Numbered from the stretch's first letter, positions 11,968-26,151 are shown. The stretch: 64,000 nucleotides of DNA from Paramecium tetraurelia (GCA_000165425.1 CT868540.1:620001-684000); one strand, 5' to 3'. The notes: generated by a model not told the origin, from the sequence alone. Made by a program: numbers and translations.

Positions 11968-14900
11968 TCACTTTATTGTACTTAAGTTCTAAAGCTAAGG
12001 AAGTTTAGTTTTCGCATCTATTTTGGTTAGGTTCATTTTTAAGAATCTCCTCTTATATTTTCTTGTTGCAAAACCGATCTTTTGATAAAACCTTCTTAAA
12101 TGTGGACAATTATCACCACATCGAGCATGAATTTATCTCATTTTTTTCATGTACTCTCTGAATTCTTCAACAGATATTTACTCATTTCCTATTACGACTA
12201 TAAAATAGATAATTACCTTGTTTTCCTAATTAATTTCTAATTTATCTCAGAACTTCCCCCATTTACCCATTTTTAGACTGCACTAACCTTTGATAAAGTT
12301 TATCTGATTAATCTTCTTCAGCTTAATCTTCATCTAAAGAATCTAAGGATTTACTAGATTAAGCAGATGAAGGTCTAGGTTTTAAGACTTCCTCATCTGA
12401 ATCCTGTTATTATAATTGCTATTGCTATTTTGTTGTCCTTTTAACTTATAGTTGTTATTTAAGCATAACCCAATTTTTTATTTATTCTTGTTTACTTCTT
12501 TCTAAACCCATACTACCCAATTACTCTAAAATCTAATCTAATAATGACTGTGACTTATCACTAAAATCAAAGATTCCTTCAGTCTAAATTTCTCTATCTT
12601 CCGTACCTAATTTAATTAATTTAACAGTTTTAGTTCCATTTGAAGATATTTAAGTTTCTTCCACAATAATATTACCATTCTTATCTTTATTAAATTTCTT
12701 TATTGTTTTTTCAACCTTACCATCCTTTCCAATTCTAGTTTCCTCTATGATTTATTCTCCATTTAATCCTTTTTTAGTTCTAATAACAACCTTGTTTCCA
12801 TCAGCATCAATAGTTTCTATTTCTGTAATCTCAAGTCCATCTTTATCTTTATATTACTTTTTTTTAACTGTCATCTTACTTCCATCGGCATTAGTAGTTA
12901 CTTCTTCAATAATATTATTTCCATCTCTATCCTTGATAACTCTGGTCTTAATTAATCTTTTATTTCCTTATTCATCTGTTATAATTTCTTCTATGATTTC
13001 ATTTCCATTCCTATCCTTCTAGACCTTCCTTTATACAGTTTGTTGTTACCCATTTTCCCCTCTTACAATTTCAACTTCAATAGGATGGCCATCCTTATCA
13101 ATTTAGACTTGTTTTTATGTATTAATAATTTTTCCATCAGCCCCAACTATTTGCTTTTAGACAATTTCCTTTCCATTTTAATCCTTCAAAGTTTTAGTTA
13201 TAATCTTTGCACCTGTTTATGGATCAACAGATTCTTCTTCAGTAATGATATTTCCATTTTTATCTTTATATTAACGTTGCTTAACAATTGTGACCTTCCC
13301 ATTTTAATCCATAATTTCTGTTTCTATAGTGAATGTACCATCAGCATTCTATTTTTTTTTAGATGTTTTGATAGTTATAGATCCATCAGCATTTATGGTT
13401 TCTTCTTCGATAATATCATTTCCATTTTCATCTTTCTTAATTTTAGTTCTTTTGATAATTTTATTGCCGTGCTCATCTAACGTAACTTCTTCTGTAATAG
13501 CAATTCCATTTTCCACAACCATTTTTTTCTCCACTTGCTATATTTTTCCACTTTTATCTATAATTTATTCTTGAATGATATCTTATCCAAATTAATTCTT
13601 TTTGATAGTAGCAATAGATTTATTTCCATTTGCATCAGTTTTTTCTTCTATAATAACTTAATTTCCATTTGCATCTTTCACTATCTTTCTTTTGACTGTT
13701 GTTGCATTACCAAACTGATCAATTAATTCCTCTTCTACAACCTCATTACCATCCTTATCCTTATAAACTTTTTACTTTTTGATGGTTTTATTCCCCTATT
13801 CGTCAATTGTGATTTCTTCAATAATCTCATTACCATCTTTGTCTTTAGTAACTCTCTAAATTGTATTATTATATAAATACTTTAGCCACTTTTTGTTTTC
13901 TACCCTTTTCATCAACAAACTCTTCTTCAATATAATCATTTCCATTCTTATCTTTCTTAACTTTCATTTATTTAATCCTTATTTATTTTTTTCCATTCTC
14001 ATCTATATACTCTTCTTGTACTTCATAGGTCTCTTCTCCATCTTTGGCTTAAACCTTCCTCACCTTTTTACCAGAACTATCTTCAAACCATTCATTTAAT
14101 TGTACTTAACGACCATCCTTAGTAATAGGCTTTGCTGGTATCTTTATCTTTGCTCCTCCAACAGCAAATCCACCAAATTACTCTAAAAATTATTAAGTTT
14201 ATTTTGATTATTAAACCATAACTGGTTTATCTCGAGCTCTTAATTCTTCACCTTATGCATTGACAACAACCTCCTCTTCTACCTCTGTCTCTTCCTCTAC
14301 CCATTCTCCTTGACTATTTTACCTTTTGACAAGTTTCATGACTTTTCTCGTGATTATTTTTTCTCCAGGATTCAGAAATTCAGGATCAAACAAAGGATCA
14401 TAAAATGGCACTTTTGCCAATTTCTATTTTCTTGTTAATTCATCCTTTTTTACTTATCTGGTTATAGCAGAAATATCAGATCCACAGATCTATTTAAATA
14501 AAGGATCTTTCAATAAATCATCCACTACCATTAATTCTTTCATCTCTTATAAATTTAATTTCTCATTAAAATCAATCCTCAATAGATTGTCCAATGAATT
14601 CAAAATCAGTTTCTTTTGATCTTCACTTATATTAGAATTCTATATAAATAATCTAAATCTTTCTAAACTTCTATTATACTCCTTCTCTAAACCTGCCACG
14701 CTGTCTATAAGATTCTTTATTCTGAACTTCATCTTTATATTATCCTCAACTAATTTTCTTATTTTTTCTGAATCTGTTTTATTAATAACAGCTTATTATT
14801 CACTACTAGCCTTTTCTTTTGATTTCAATTATTCTTATAACTTCCTACTTTCCAAATTTGCTTTCGTTAATTAATTGTTAATATTGCTCAATTATTGAAT

Positions 14901-15967
14901 ATATGCTTCCTTTTCAATACCTAAATCTTTTACTCTTCTCTCTAATTATAGGATCTTAGATTCTCTCTCTGCCCCTTCTTTTCTATGTTACTACATCTTT
15001 TCTTAGAATTCAATTTCAATCTTCATTTTATCAGTCTAACTTGCCACTCCTTCCATGTAAACTAATTATCCATTCTTCATCAATGCTCTACCTGCTTTGA
15101 TATCCTATATTGCTTTCTCCTAAGCTTATTTTTAGACTCCTCTAATACTATCCATAAGAGTGTTTTCTAAATTAAATATCTATTCTCTCTCTTTTTGTTG
15201 TTACTCCTCAATTTCTGCAGCCTCATCATCAATTTCATTGGTAATTCTTTTTTTCTTCCCTAAGTCCTTCAAGACTTCCTTCAAATTGGCTTATGCTTTA
15301 GATTCTCCAACAGCCATTAAATCAAGTTTTCTGTTTTTTAAGAATTCCGATATCTTCTAACTTTCCTCATCTAAATCATCTTAAATATCCATTAATTCCT
15401 TTTACTTTTTCATAAGATGATCTTGATTCCTGGCATTTTTCATATCTTCTCCTGTGTCAGTCCCTTTTTCTTCAAACACTTTCTTAACCATCTTCTTAAC
15501 TACAGGTTACAGTTACACTATTGAATGAGCCATTTTATTTGTTTCTCGTTCTTCAGGATAATCAACTGATTTCCTTCTTGTCTACATCATATTTTTCTAC
15601 AAACTTTCAAGCATTTTATCTGGCTGTACTTCGAAATTAGTATTTATTCTATTTTATGAACAAGCACATACTTTAATATATAATGAACAATCAAATTCTA
15701 CCCATTATAAATTTTATTCAAAGTTTATCTCAATTCACTAAAGTGTGCAACTTCTAACATCTCACTAATCTCATATAGAACGATCTAATAAATTTCATGC
15801 ATGGTTTTCATTAATTCCATTAATTTTGGTTTTGTCAGATCCTTAGATTATTTTTATTTGAAATCATGGTCCACCTTTGATAATAGCTTATCCAATTTGG
15901 CTATTTTTTAAAAATCTAAGCCTCCAGCAAATTGATTATCAATATCTGAAAATCTAGCCTCAGCCAT
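11968..15967 (-). CDS. Large (~1300 aa) protein: coiled-coil N-half, long D-x-[ND]-G hairpin-repeat region, C-terminal CGDNCPH motif
   Basis: Three introns (23, 25 and 28 nt) give 1308 codons; repeats such as EEVTLDEHGNKIIKRTKIKKDENGNDIIEEE. Confidence 0.8.
12620..14075 (-). repeat. Degenerate protein-level tandem repeat, about 35 D-x-[ND]-G-[NK] turns spaced 11-15 aa
   Basis: Read from the translation: DENGK, DKNGN, DEKGR, DKDGN, DEQGN, DANGN, DEHGN, NADGS, DRDGN, DADGN and others. Confidence 0.85.
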
Positions 15968-16007
15968 TAAAATAGATTATAAAATTATAATTATTAATAA
16001 TCACTAT

Positions 16008-16592
16008 ATGTCTAAACTATTTAAATACAAGAAAGTTGGAAATAGCATGACGATTATCACCAAAGATTCTATTGAGTTGATGGAATAATTACGAACAGAG
16101 CACTCACATCTTTGCAAATCCATTTCTGAACTTGAGATGAAGAGATAGTTGATAGAAGATAAAATGAGAGAATTATCAATTAAGTTAAATTCCACCTCCT
16201 AGCCTAGTGATCAACCAGATATCCCCAAACTAATCTATAAATTTCCTTGTGATTCCCAATAAGATTAAAGAACATTAGATGAAGAAGAAGTAATCTTTCA
16301 AACTAATGATTATTAAGAATTCATTCCTGACTTTTAAGCAAGTGAAATGAAAACTAAAAAAGAACTATTTAATTATTTTAGTTACAAAGCAGATGTCAAA
16401 GATCTATTCAATGATCTTAATGATGCTAATAATCTTAAAAAGCTTGCAGAAGAATTTGGAATTAAATCAAATAACAACAATAAAATGAAATAGCAAGTTC
16501 AGATCTTATAGAATTACTTATCAAACCAATCGTTTCCATCTAAATGGAATAATATCTACAATACGGAATTATTTGATAAATTAGAAATTTGA
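16008..16592 (+). CDS. Hypothetical protein (194 aa)
   Basis: Intronless code-6 frame MSKLFKYKKVGNSM...FDKLEI*. Confidence 0.7.
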
Positions 16593-16629
16593 TCTATACA
16601 TCATAACTAGTTATATATATAATTATAGT

Positions 16630-19473
16630 TCAATTTTTTCTATGTAAATCTATCTTTTCTCCCCATCTCTTTTCTAGTCTTTCTAAATTGGCAACAGTTT
16701 CATCATATTTCCTCTTCAATATTTGATATTCCTCATTTCTTTCTGATAATTCTCTTGACTTTCTATTCATTTCATTAGACAAGCCATTGACTTTCTGTTG
16801 TAAACTTAAATTCTCTCGAGATAGATTTTCTAGAGCAATCTAAAGATCTTATTGTCTCAAAGCTGATCCTATAAAATAATTAATTTAAATAAGTACTCCT
16901 ACTATCATCAGATATTTTCTTGCTTTACAATTCCTTCCTCATCTCCTCCAAATTTTAATGCAATTAGTCTGTTTCCTCTTTTCTCTTTTTTAACATCTCA
17001 CTCAAATGTTATTATTCTTATCTAGATTGACTTAACTCATTTTTATAATTTGCAATAGTGGCTTAATGTTGATTCAATAACATTCCTTATCTTAATAATT
17101 CTTCTTAAACATTAAAATTATTGCTTCTCACCTTCTCAACCTCTGATTTCAAGGCCTCTATTTAATCATTCTTACTCAAGAGTTCAGCTTAGAGTTGTTA
17201 TTCACGTTAATCATAATCAAATGAAGAAAGGACATTTCTCTTATCTAACATTTTTATTTGTTAATCCATTGTTTATTTTAAATCTAGAATTTCCTGTTCT
17301 TTTACTTGTAAAAGTTCTTCTTATTGCAATCTTAAATTTTTCAATCTTCTTTCAAGATCATTTACATTCTCCTAGCAAACTTTCTTTTGGACTTCATATT
17401 AATCTCTCATCCCACCCATTTCTTCTATTAATTCATTTAGTTATCTTTCTTTTTCTTATGTTTTTCTTGCTTATAATGATATCATCTCATTTAACTCAGT
17501 AACTTGATATTTCATCTCAGATTTTACAGCTTGCATTTGTTTTTCAAGTTTCTCATATTCCATTCTAACTTATAATTCATTTTACTTTAACCCATCAATT
17601 TGTTATAGTAATTGTTATTATAAAGATGTTTATTATTATAATTACTAATTCATTTGATCATATTATGTTTAAAGCTAATGATTTCTATCAGTAGATTTCT
17701 TTAATTCTCCTCTTGTAAAGGCCAATTCTTGATTTAATGAATCAAGTTTCTTTTCTGTATTCCTCAAATCTTCCTACAATTTGCCTTTTCTAAGATCAAT
17801 TTATTTAAACTCATCTAACAGCTTTTAATAATCTTGCTTTGCCATCTAAACCTTATCTTCTGTTCCCTTCAATATTGAATTTAAATTGTTAATTTAATTT
17901 CTATACTCTCTTTCTAACTCATTTTTTTATTTTGATAAATTGGATAGGTCGATTTCCTTATTTTAAAGACTATTCTTTAATTATTCATTCATAATTTCAA
18001 GATTATGGCATATCTAAATAGATTGTTCTTCAGAAATGCTCTTTTCTTTTAGAATTGATTTAATTTTTTCTTCCAATTTCTAAATCATATCATTCTTGCT
18101 GTCAATCACTTTAGAATCAACTTGATTATGAGCCATCTCTGCTTTTAAATTGTCATTCTCTATTTATAATTAAAGTAATTTTAATTCCAACTATTCAGAT
18201 TATTTGCTAGTACTGGAATGAATTGATTTAATGATTAATGGAGACTTTGGAATCTCTTTTTAATTATTCTTTTCGGTTAATAATTACTTATATTTCACTT
18301 CCAATTATTCTAGTTCATTTTAGAGTTATTGATTTTTCATTTTGTAATTATTGATTTCATCATTTTATACCCTATTGCTAGTTTAGCATGATAAGTTCTT
18401 AAAGCTTTCAGATTAGATAAGTTTATTTTTTAGTTCCTCATTTTCCTTTTAATTGATTTGGAGACATTCAAAGACTCTATTAAACTCTTTATTAGCTTGA
18501 TTAGCCTTATCTTCAGCTAATTATTTCTTTTTAATCTCTTCTGTAACCTTTTATTCCTGTTCAAACAAATTTTTATTCAACTAAAAATAATTATTGATTG
18601 TATTACTTTTTAATTTTCTTAAACCAATGCTGTCATTTTGGTTTATAATTATTCAAGAATATTTTTCAATTTGTTGTAATCCTCAGCCATTGAAGATATC
18701 TTTGAATCACTATCAACAGGCTCATTATTAGCTATTTCTTCTAGTTTTCTAAAATTTGCTAAAATTTCAATCATTTTATCATTTATTTGATCTGGTAGTC
18801 TACCATCACCCATCATCTTTTGTATTGATGACATCAATTCCCTCAAAGCTCCTGAGATTCTAAATATTTCAGTTTAAAGCTTGGGTTTTGATTGAATTAG
18901 ATTAATATTTTAGGAAGATAGTCTACTGTTACCAACAGTGGGATGATTATCTGTTAATAAGGATTTAGCTTAAAATTATTAGTAATTTTCTTTGGAATCA
19001 ATAAGACTTGTTCCATCTTTTTTTGAGGTGTTGCTTTTTCTATCTGTTATTTATTCTCTATTTGCATCACTTTAAAAAGTACCAGCAAAGGTTTTGTTGT
19101 ATTCATACTTATAAGTTTCATAATGGGGCTTAATTTCATTCTAAGATTTAATCACTTCTTATTGATTATGTGGCTTAAAAATATCATTAATCGACCCATT
19201 CTTTATACTAGGCTTGTACTGATAGGAATTTTCTAATTTTTAAGGAGGAGAAGGTTAAATGATAACGTTATTCTAACTTACTTATTTAGCATCAAATTAC
19301 GGTGATTACATGTAGGGTGATGGCCCATATTGTTGGATCTTGGCTTGTGATTATGTTTTTGGGCAATAGATTTATTTATCTGGAGATTACATAGAAAAAT
19401 TTCCCATATCTTTGGACACAGAGAATTGCCTATTCATTGCTGAAATTTAGGATGGCTTCTATACACTTTTCAT
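16630..19473 (-). CDS. Long coiled-coil protein with a P/Q/S-rich N-terminus
   Basis: Two introns (26 and 28 nt), 930 codons, extended heptad pattern. Confidence 0.75.
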
Positions 19474-19681
19474 TATATGCTGTTAAATAACTTTATTTAT
19501 TTTTCTGTTAAAATTAATATATTATTTTACTATTATTAATGTAAATACGAAATTCCTGCGTTTTTAATCTAATTTTATTAAGTGATTATATATATCCAAT
19601 ATTCTGATTTAGAATGAAGTATAAAACCTATCAAATAGATTTCATGATTGTTAATTAAAGAATTAAAATAGATATAAAAAA

Positions 19682-20755
19682 ATGATTAATGAAGAATATA
19701 CTCCAAAGAGTTTTGAAATCTTTCTAGAAAGTTCAATCAAAATAAATCAAGAGATATCAATCTCAGACACTTTAAAAGCACTAGGTTCTGTAATATCTTT
19801 GGCCAACTTGAAAGGTAATTTATTACCATTTGGATCATTTTGCAATGGATTCCATGGAAATAATAGTGACTTAGATTGTGTTCTCATAACCGATTCGGAA
19901 TTGAGTACTACAACGATTTTAAGAAATCTTCGAAAGGCAGTGTAAGAATACAAATACACCTATTAGACGCCTTAATTACAGTTTGATCAATTGATTTTAT
20001 ATGCAAAGGTAAATAGCATCACTTATAGTAAGGTCCCAATTATTAAGATCACTGACATAACAAATGATATAGCTATCGATTTAAGCATAAATAATATAAA
20101 TGGGGTGTTGAATTCTAAGCTTTTAAAAGAATATTCTCAAATACATCCCAAAATCCAATAATTAGGACAGTTATTAAAATTATGGGGAAAGAATTAAAGA
20201 CTTATAGTGACTGGATAATTAACATCATATGCCATTTTGTTAACACTAATCCATTTCCTTTAATGCAAATATGATGTGCCATATTTATCAGATTTTGAAC
20301 TCACTTAGGAATAGTAATCAGCATTAGAGTATTTTGGTGTTCAGCCATTCTTTAAATAAGGACTCAAACCCAACTTGCACAGACTCTCAAATACAACTCT
20401 ATAATAATTATTATTTGAGTACTTTTAATATTATGAACCTTATGGAGAATTCGAATAGAAATAGATTTGTGTTTCTCTTCATTCTATTCAAAGATCAAAT
20501 AAAGAGATTCAAAAAAGAACATTAAAAATCGTAGATCCTATTGATCCCAGAATCGATCCAAGTAAAAATATCAAAAAATAATGTTATCGAATACAATAAC
20601 ATTTTTTAAGAGCCAAAGAACTGATATCAAAGGATCAAAAATCATTTCTATATCAATGTTAGGCTGTCAAAACTGGAAACAATCGTGTTAAAAGGATCTA
20701 ACCAAAAGGGGAAACTAAATATAAGAAAAAAAACAATTTTAGAAAAAGAAATTGA
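19682..20755 (+). CDS. Cid1/TUTase-family terminal nucleotidyltransferase, copy 1
   Basis: PFGSFCNGFHGNNSDLDCV, AK/VPIIK, AIDLSINNINGVLNSKLL, LKLWGK, LTSYAI, IVDPIDPRIDPSK. Confidence 0.9.
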
Positions 20756-20866
20756 TAAATATTGAGAGCTTAAGAGTATGAATATAATCATATTATTAAG
20801 TTATTCTTATAAATAATATTAGTTATAAATATTCTATAATAATTATATAATTTAGAAATTTCTTTG

Positions 20867-21896
20867 ATGTAATATAACTACAACTAAGATTTTGAGGATT
20901 AATTGCTAAATTTAATTAATTAGGAAATACCAAATACCCTCCTTTTATCTCTAGAAGCATTAGCTAAAGCACTTAAGATGACAAAATTAAAAGGGGCCTT
21001 GTATCCTTTTGGGTCTTATTGTAATGGATTTGGAAGCGAAATTAAAGATTTAGACTGTGTCTTCTTAACTCCTTGTGATGATAAATCTTCAAGTTTGTTA
21101 AGATAAGTTCATGCAGGAATTAGAGATTATAACCATTAAAATCTATAGCCTACATTATAAGTTCAAGCACACATCACACATGCCAAGGTATGATCAAATA
21201 TGCTAAAAGGTTCCGATTATTAAATTGGTTGATACTACAAATAATGTTGAAATAGATCTGAGTGTTAATAACATTAATGGGATAGCTAATTCCAAATTAC
21301 TTTATGAATATTCATAACTGCATCCTAAAATTAAACAGATGGGACTATTATTAAAATTGTGGGGTAAAAGAAATAGATTAATCAAAACTGGCTCTTTAAC
21401 ATCTTATAGTATTATTATCTTTATGATACACTTTTTATAAGTAAAATATAAAGTACCTTACTTATCCGATTTTTAATTGAGTGAATAGCAACTAAAAGAC
21501 TTAGAACATTTAGAAAACAATCCCTTTTTTTCGATAGGTTTAAAAGTTGATTTACCTGAACTCACCTAAACATCTTTATAATAGTTATTGTACGAATTCT
21601 TCTTATATTATTAACCTAAGGGTGAGTTTGAATTAAAAAACATATGTATATCAATTCATAGGGTGCCTATTTAAAATGTTCACCCTAATTTTACCTTAAA
21701 GATTTAAGATCCCATTAATATGAGATAAGATCCAAGCAAAAGGTTTGAACATTAATGTTGTGAGTTTTAGAATGCTTTTCTAAAGGCTAAAATATTGATA
21801 TAATAACATGATATACGAGCATTTGATAAGAATGATATTTAAAAAAATAAAGGTAGTCAGGGTAACAAAGGACATTAATAGGTTTAATAATTCTGA
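20867..21896 (+). CDS. Cid1/TUTase-family terminal nucleotidyltransferase, copy 2 (tandem paralog)
   Basis: PFGSYCNGFGSEIKDLDCV, 22-nt intron 21188-21209, VPIIKL, EIDLSVNNINGIANSKLL, LTSYSI, IQDPINMRQDPSK. Confidence 0.9.
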
Positions 21897-21959
21897 ATAG
21901 AAGTGGATTATTTGAAGATTATATAAATTAACATCTTAATATTTATTTATTCAGTTAAT

Positions 21960-24443
21960 TCAATATTTTACAACTCCAGCTTATAACATATGAAAGTCAA
22001 GTACTTCTACTTCTGTTTGATTCAAATTTCCGTTATGACCACATCCTAAGGGAATTAAGGATCCTAACTAATTCTTTAATGATTCATTAATTTTGGATGC
22101 TTCTTAAATTATAAAAATTACTTGATTTTTTTTCTTCTGTTTCCTTCATTTCGATTTAAATTGATTGATGTGATGGTTATTGTAGTTAGTTTCTCATTGT
22201 TTTTTTAAAGTTATCCCTTATCAACTTTAATCGTTAAATAATTAATTCCAAATCTTAAATTAACTATTTTATAGTAATTCATATATACCCTAGTTCCATT
22301 AGGAGAATCTAAATTACTTTTTTCATTCTTAATTAGAGTTTCAATTTTATTAATGTTGGAAGTAAATCTTGCGAAAGCTAACTTCTGACAAACTACAGTA
22401 TTCATTTTTTTTTTTGGAATATTTTTGAGAGGGAGGTAAGACCCCCAAAAGAATATACTAAGTAGGTAATCCAGAAAGACCTCATATTGTTGTGATTCTT
22501 TGAAAATCGAAAACACATCATTCAAAGTCATAGAAGCAGTTTCAAAGGATTCAAAGCATTCAGAAATTTTCTTAATGAAATGCAGGAGATTTTCATTAGA
22601 TTTCTCTTATTCAGATAAAGTATAAGGTCCTGCCAATTAAGTAACCTTGATCATAGTAATTACAATCTTTCATACCTCATCAATATCAACAGTTGAATTT
22701 TAACTCTATGACATTTGCCCCTCGATTTCTTGTGATTCATTTAAATAAATTGAAGAGGAATCATCTAAAGTTTTTTTGATTCTTTCAGTTTCTAATTATT
22801 TCATGATAGATTGGATTCTATTTTACATATCAAAATTACCTTTTGTTTGCATCAAAAAACGTGAGCATTTCTTATTTATTTAATAACTGAGTATACCAAA
22901 TATCATAGAAGGCAGTACTCCCTGATTTTGATATCCAAGGAATGTATCTTAAGACTTTTTAGCAAAGTGTGTCACTATGATCACTTTATTTAAACTAATA
23001 CTAGAATATAAACAAGTACATTCTCATCAGTTTAATATTAACTTCCAAATTCTCTCAAGAATATTTATCTTGTGACATCCACTTTAAGTGATGATAGAAA
23101 TGGAATGACTTCATCTTTCTAATCCAAGGCTAAAATCTTATAGCTTTGGCATTCGACATAAGATTTTGCAGAATCATAATCCCATGGTGTTAACAATTTA
23201 AATAAAAAGCTAGCATATTTCGAAAATCCAACTTGAGCAATCTTGCTTATACTTGAAAAGGTTCTGTCTGCAAATAGTAAGTTACATTATCTGACTCTAC
23301 CCAAATGACATGCAACCATTCCTCCTAGAGATTCACCGTGAAATATCAATTAATTCACTTTCAATTGAGATGTTACATAATCACAAATGGATTCTGCATC
23401 CTTCATGATATCCTTTGTATTTGGCAATCCTTGACTTTCACAATAGCCTCTATAATTCCATAAAAACATGGATATCCCACGTCTTAAGTAATAATCAATC
23501 CATTCTGATTCATAATACATGTATTCATAATATCCAGCATTCGGTTAACAAAATATAACTGCTTTATCGTTCTCCATATCATCCTCGTTTGCACATATGT
23601 ATAAACTTTGATAGTCTAATGTATTATTACCAATCAATCAATTTCCCATCATATCCTTGCACCTTTAATCTTCTAGTTCTAAATGTATTTTCTAATTCGA
23701 CTCTCATTTAATCAACCGTTCCAAGAGTCTTATTAAAGATCCATCTTTCAGCTTCTAAAATAAAGTTTTTAGGCATGTACATTTCTTATAATTAATGAGT
23801 TAACTTTTCCAAAATTACTAGTATATTAGAACATAGTTCTGAATCGACTTGCACAGTTTATTTAGAGTAGTTAATTAAATCCGATGGATTATCTAAGTGA
23901 TCATAGAGAGATTTAGATTCGATTAGAACATCCTTTAAGTTCTGTTCTAATTATTGACATAAACCAAAGAGATTTTGTTATTATTCATTCAATTCTTTTC
24001 TATAGTTTAATGCTGAAAAAGTATTTAAAAAAGACTGCAAGGTTTTTTTAATTGGTATTAAATCTTCAACTTTGATTTCTTTTGTGCTAATTTACCTTAA
24101 ATAAATTACTCAGGTATCTATAGTAATTTCCTTATCAAATTTTATAAATCTTCCATCCTTTTATTTGCTCTTTTAGCTAATGCCTTAGCATATCTATTTT
24201 CCACATTCCTTCTCCATAACCAATAAGAACCTGGAAATACAAATAACCTAATTGTATTCTTTATGAAAACATATAAACCAACAAAAAAGATCTAAAATTT
24301 AATTAATGAATTTGAATTACAAAGTGACCTAGAAATCCAAATTGCAATACAATCAACCAATCTACAAGATATAAGATTCCAAGCAATAATATAATAACTC
24401 CTATGACAGCCATTATTTTCTTTTTCTCATCTGTAATTTACAT
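21960..24443 (-). CDS. Membrane-anchored alpha/beta hydrolase (ABHD-like)
   Basis: N-terminal hydrophobic segments, FCQPNAGYYE, WNYRGY, nucleophile elbow HGESLGG, C-terminal GCGHN. Confidence 0.85.
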
Positions 24444-24813
24444 TATTAATATTAAAAATAATATTTAGCATAATCTAATTAAAATTTCCTTAATATAATT
24501 GAGTGTTTCCCATCTATCCAGTAATATAGGTACTATAAATTATCGACCTCATATTAAAAGTCAACTTTCACTTTTTTACTGTTAGGATTTCTAAAAATAG
24601 AGAATGATAGGCAGAATTACAATATAATGCTGAATTTATTAATTAATTAAATTTAAGCCTTTATTATAAAGTTAAATTAGAATTTGTAAGTATAAAATAT
24701 TATGGCTTAAGAAAAGAGGTCTAAATTTAATGGAGATGACTTTTGGATATTATGTAAACTCTGATTAAAAATATTAAATTGAATTTCATAATTTATTATC
24801 AAAATTAAATATT

Positions 24814-26133
24814 ATGTTTCTTAAAGATTTCATTATAGATGACATTAATAAATAATAATAATTGAATGGGTAATCATAAGTTGATGATAATTAAAATTAA
24901 GTAAATCTATAATATTAAATAGAAAAGAAAACTAAGGGAGATGTCATAATTCGTAATAGAACATACACAAAAAATTTGGGAACAAATTAGGCTCAGTATG
25001 ATTTATAAGAGGTCGATTTTAATTCAGTAAATGGATCGAATATACTTAGATTCTATTTGATAATGAGAATGAGAATAAGGACTAATTAAGATTCCAACTT
25101 TAGACTATTAATTCGACTAATTCAATGAATTAACCGGAAATAGTAGATTTTGAATAATGTAGAGCTTCCATTGAAGAAGGTTGTTAGGAGAGAGATTAGT
25201 AGTAATAATTAAAGAATTAAGAAGTATTAGAATAAGAAATTCCAAATTAAAATACAATTAGCGAAAGTGAATAAGAGTAGGTTTAAAATGAAGAAATTGC
25301 ATTTAAAAGTGAGGATTAAAATTTTGAAGTTCTCAATTTTACTGAAATTTAAATCCCTGAACAAAATAAAGTTACTCCATCTAAACCGTATTCAGAAATA
25401 ATAAGGAGTTTGGATTAGACTGATTATATGGGCGAGTTTTTAGTAACTCCATTGAGATAGCCAGGAATGTTGTAATGTATAATTAGGAGGGAGAGTTCTG
25501 GTTTGAATAGTTTTAAACCAAAATATAAATTGTATTGGTAAGAAAAAAAGTAGTTTTTGATATCTGCAAGGAAAGAATTGAATAAACACAAATATAAGTT
25601 GTCATAGGACCCAGATTTTTCATCTAAATTTGATGCTGCCTTGATAGGAAGTGTAGAATAAAGCAAGTAATCAAAGGCAGATTACTTTCTATTTGACAAT
25701 GGAGTAAAAACAAATAAGGAGAAACATTCAATTATCAATACTAAACCAAGAGTATAGTTAGGAGGTGTGTTCTTTGAAACAAACCAAAGTGGCTTAAAAT
25801 AACCGAGGAAAATGATGGTGTTATTGAAATAGAATGGAAATGAAAATTAGATTACAACATTTGAGAATCGATAACCAGTTCTTAAGAAACAATTTGATTG
25901 TACTTAAATAAATAACAATAGAAACCATTTACACTCTTGACTTTTTTGGGAGAGTTAAACAAGCTTCTGTTAAAAATACTTAGTTAATTATGAAAAGTGA
26001 GACTAAGGATTTGATTTATTTTCAATTAGGAAAAGTTAATGATTAGTAATTTAATTTAGATTTCATGAGTCCATTTAGTCCCCTATTGGCATTTTAAGTT
26101 GCATTAACTATATTGGATTTTTAATCAAAATGA
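24814..26133 (+). CDS. Tubby-domain protein
   Basis: C-terminal PRKM, YTLDFFGRVKQASVKNTQL, FQLGKV, FNLDFMSPFSPLLAF; two introns, 425 codons. Confidence 0.87.
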
Positions 26134-26151
26134 TTCAATATTTATTTAATT

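Noticed and set aside
12747..14099. Several hydrophobic plus-strand ORFs resembling membrane proteins
   Set aside because: Antisense shadows of the K/E-rich minus-strand repeat gene; the same applies to ORFs at 5137, 6904, 15160, 17221 and 60335
24087..24112. Apparent frameshift in the alpha/beta hydrolase
   Set aside because: Explained by a 23-nt GTAATTT...ATTAG intron
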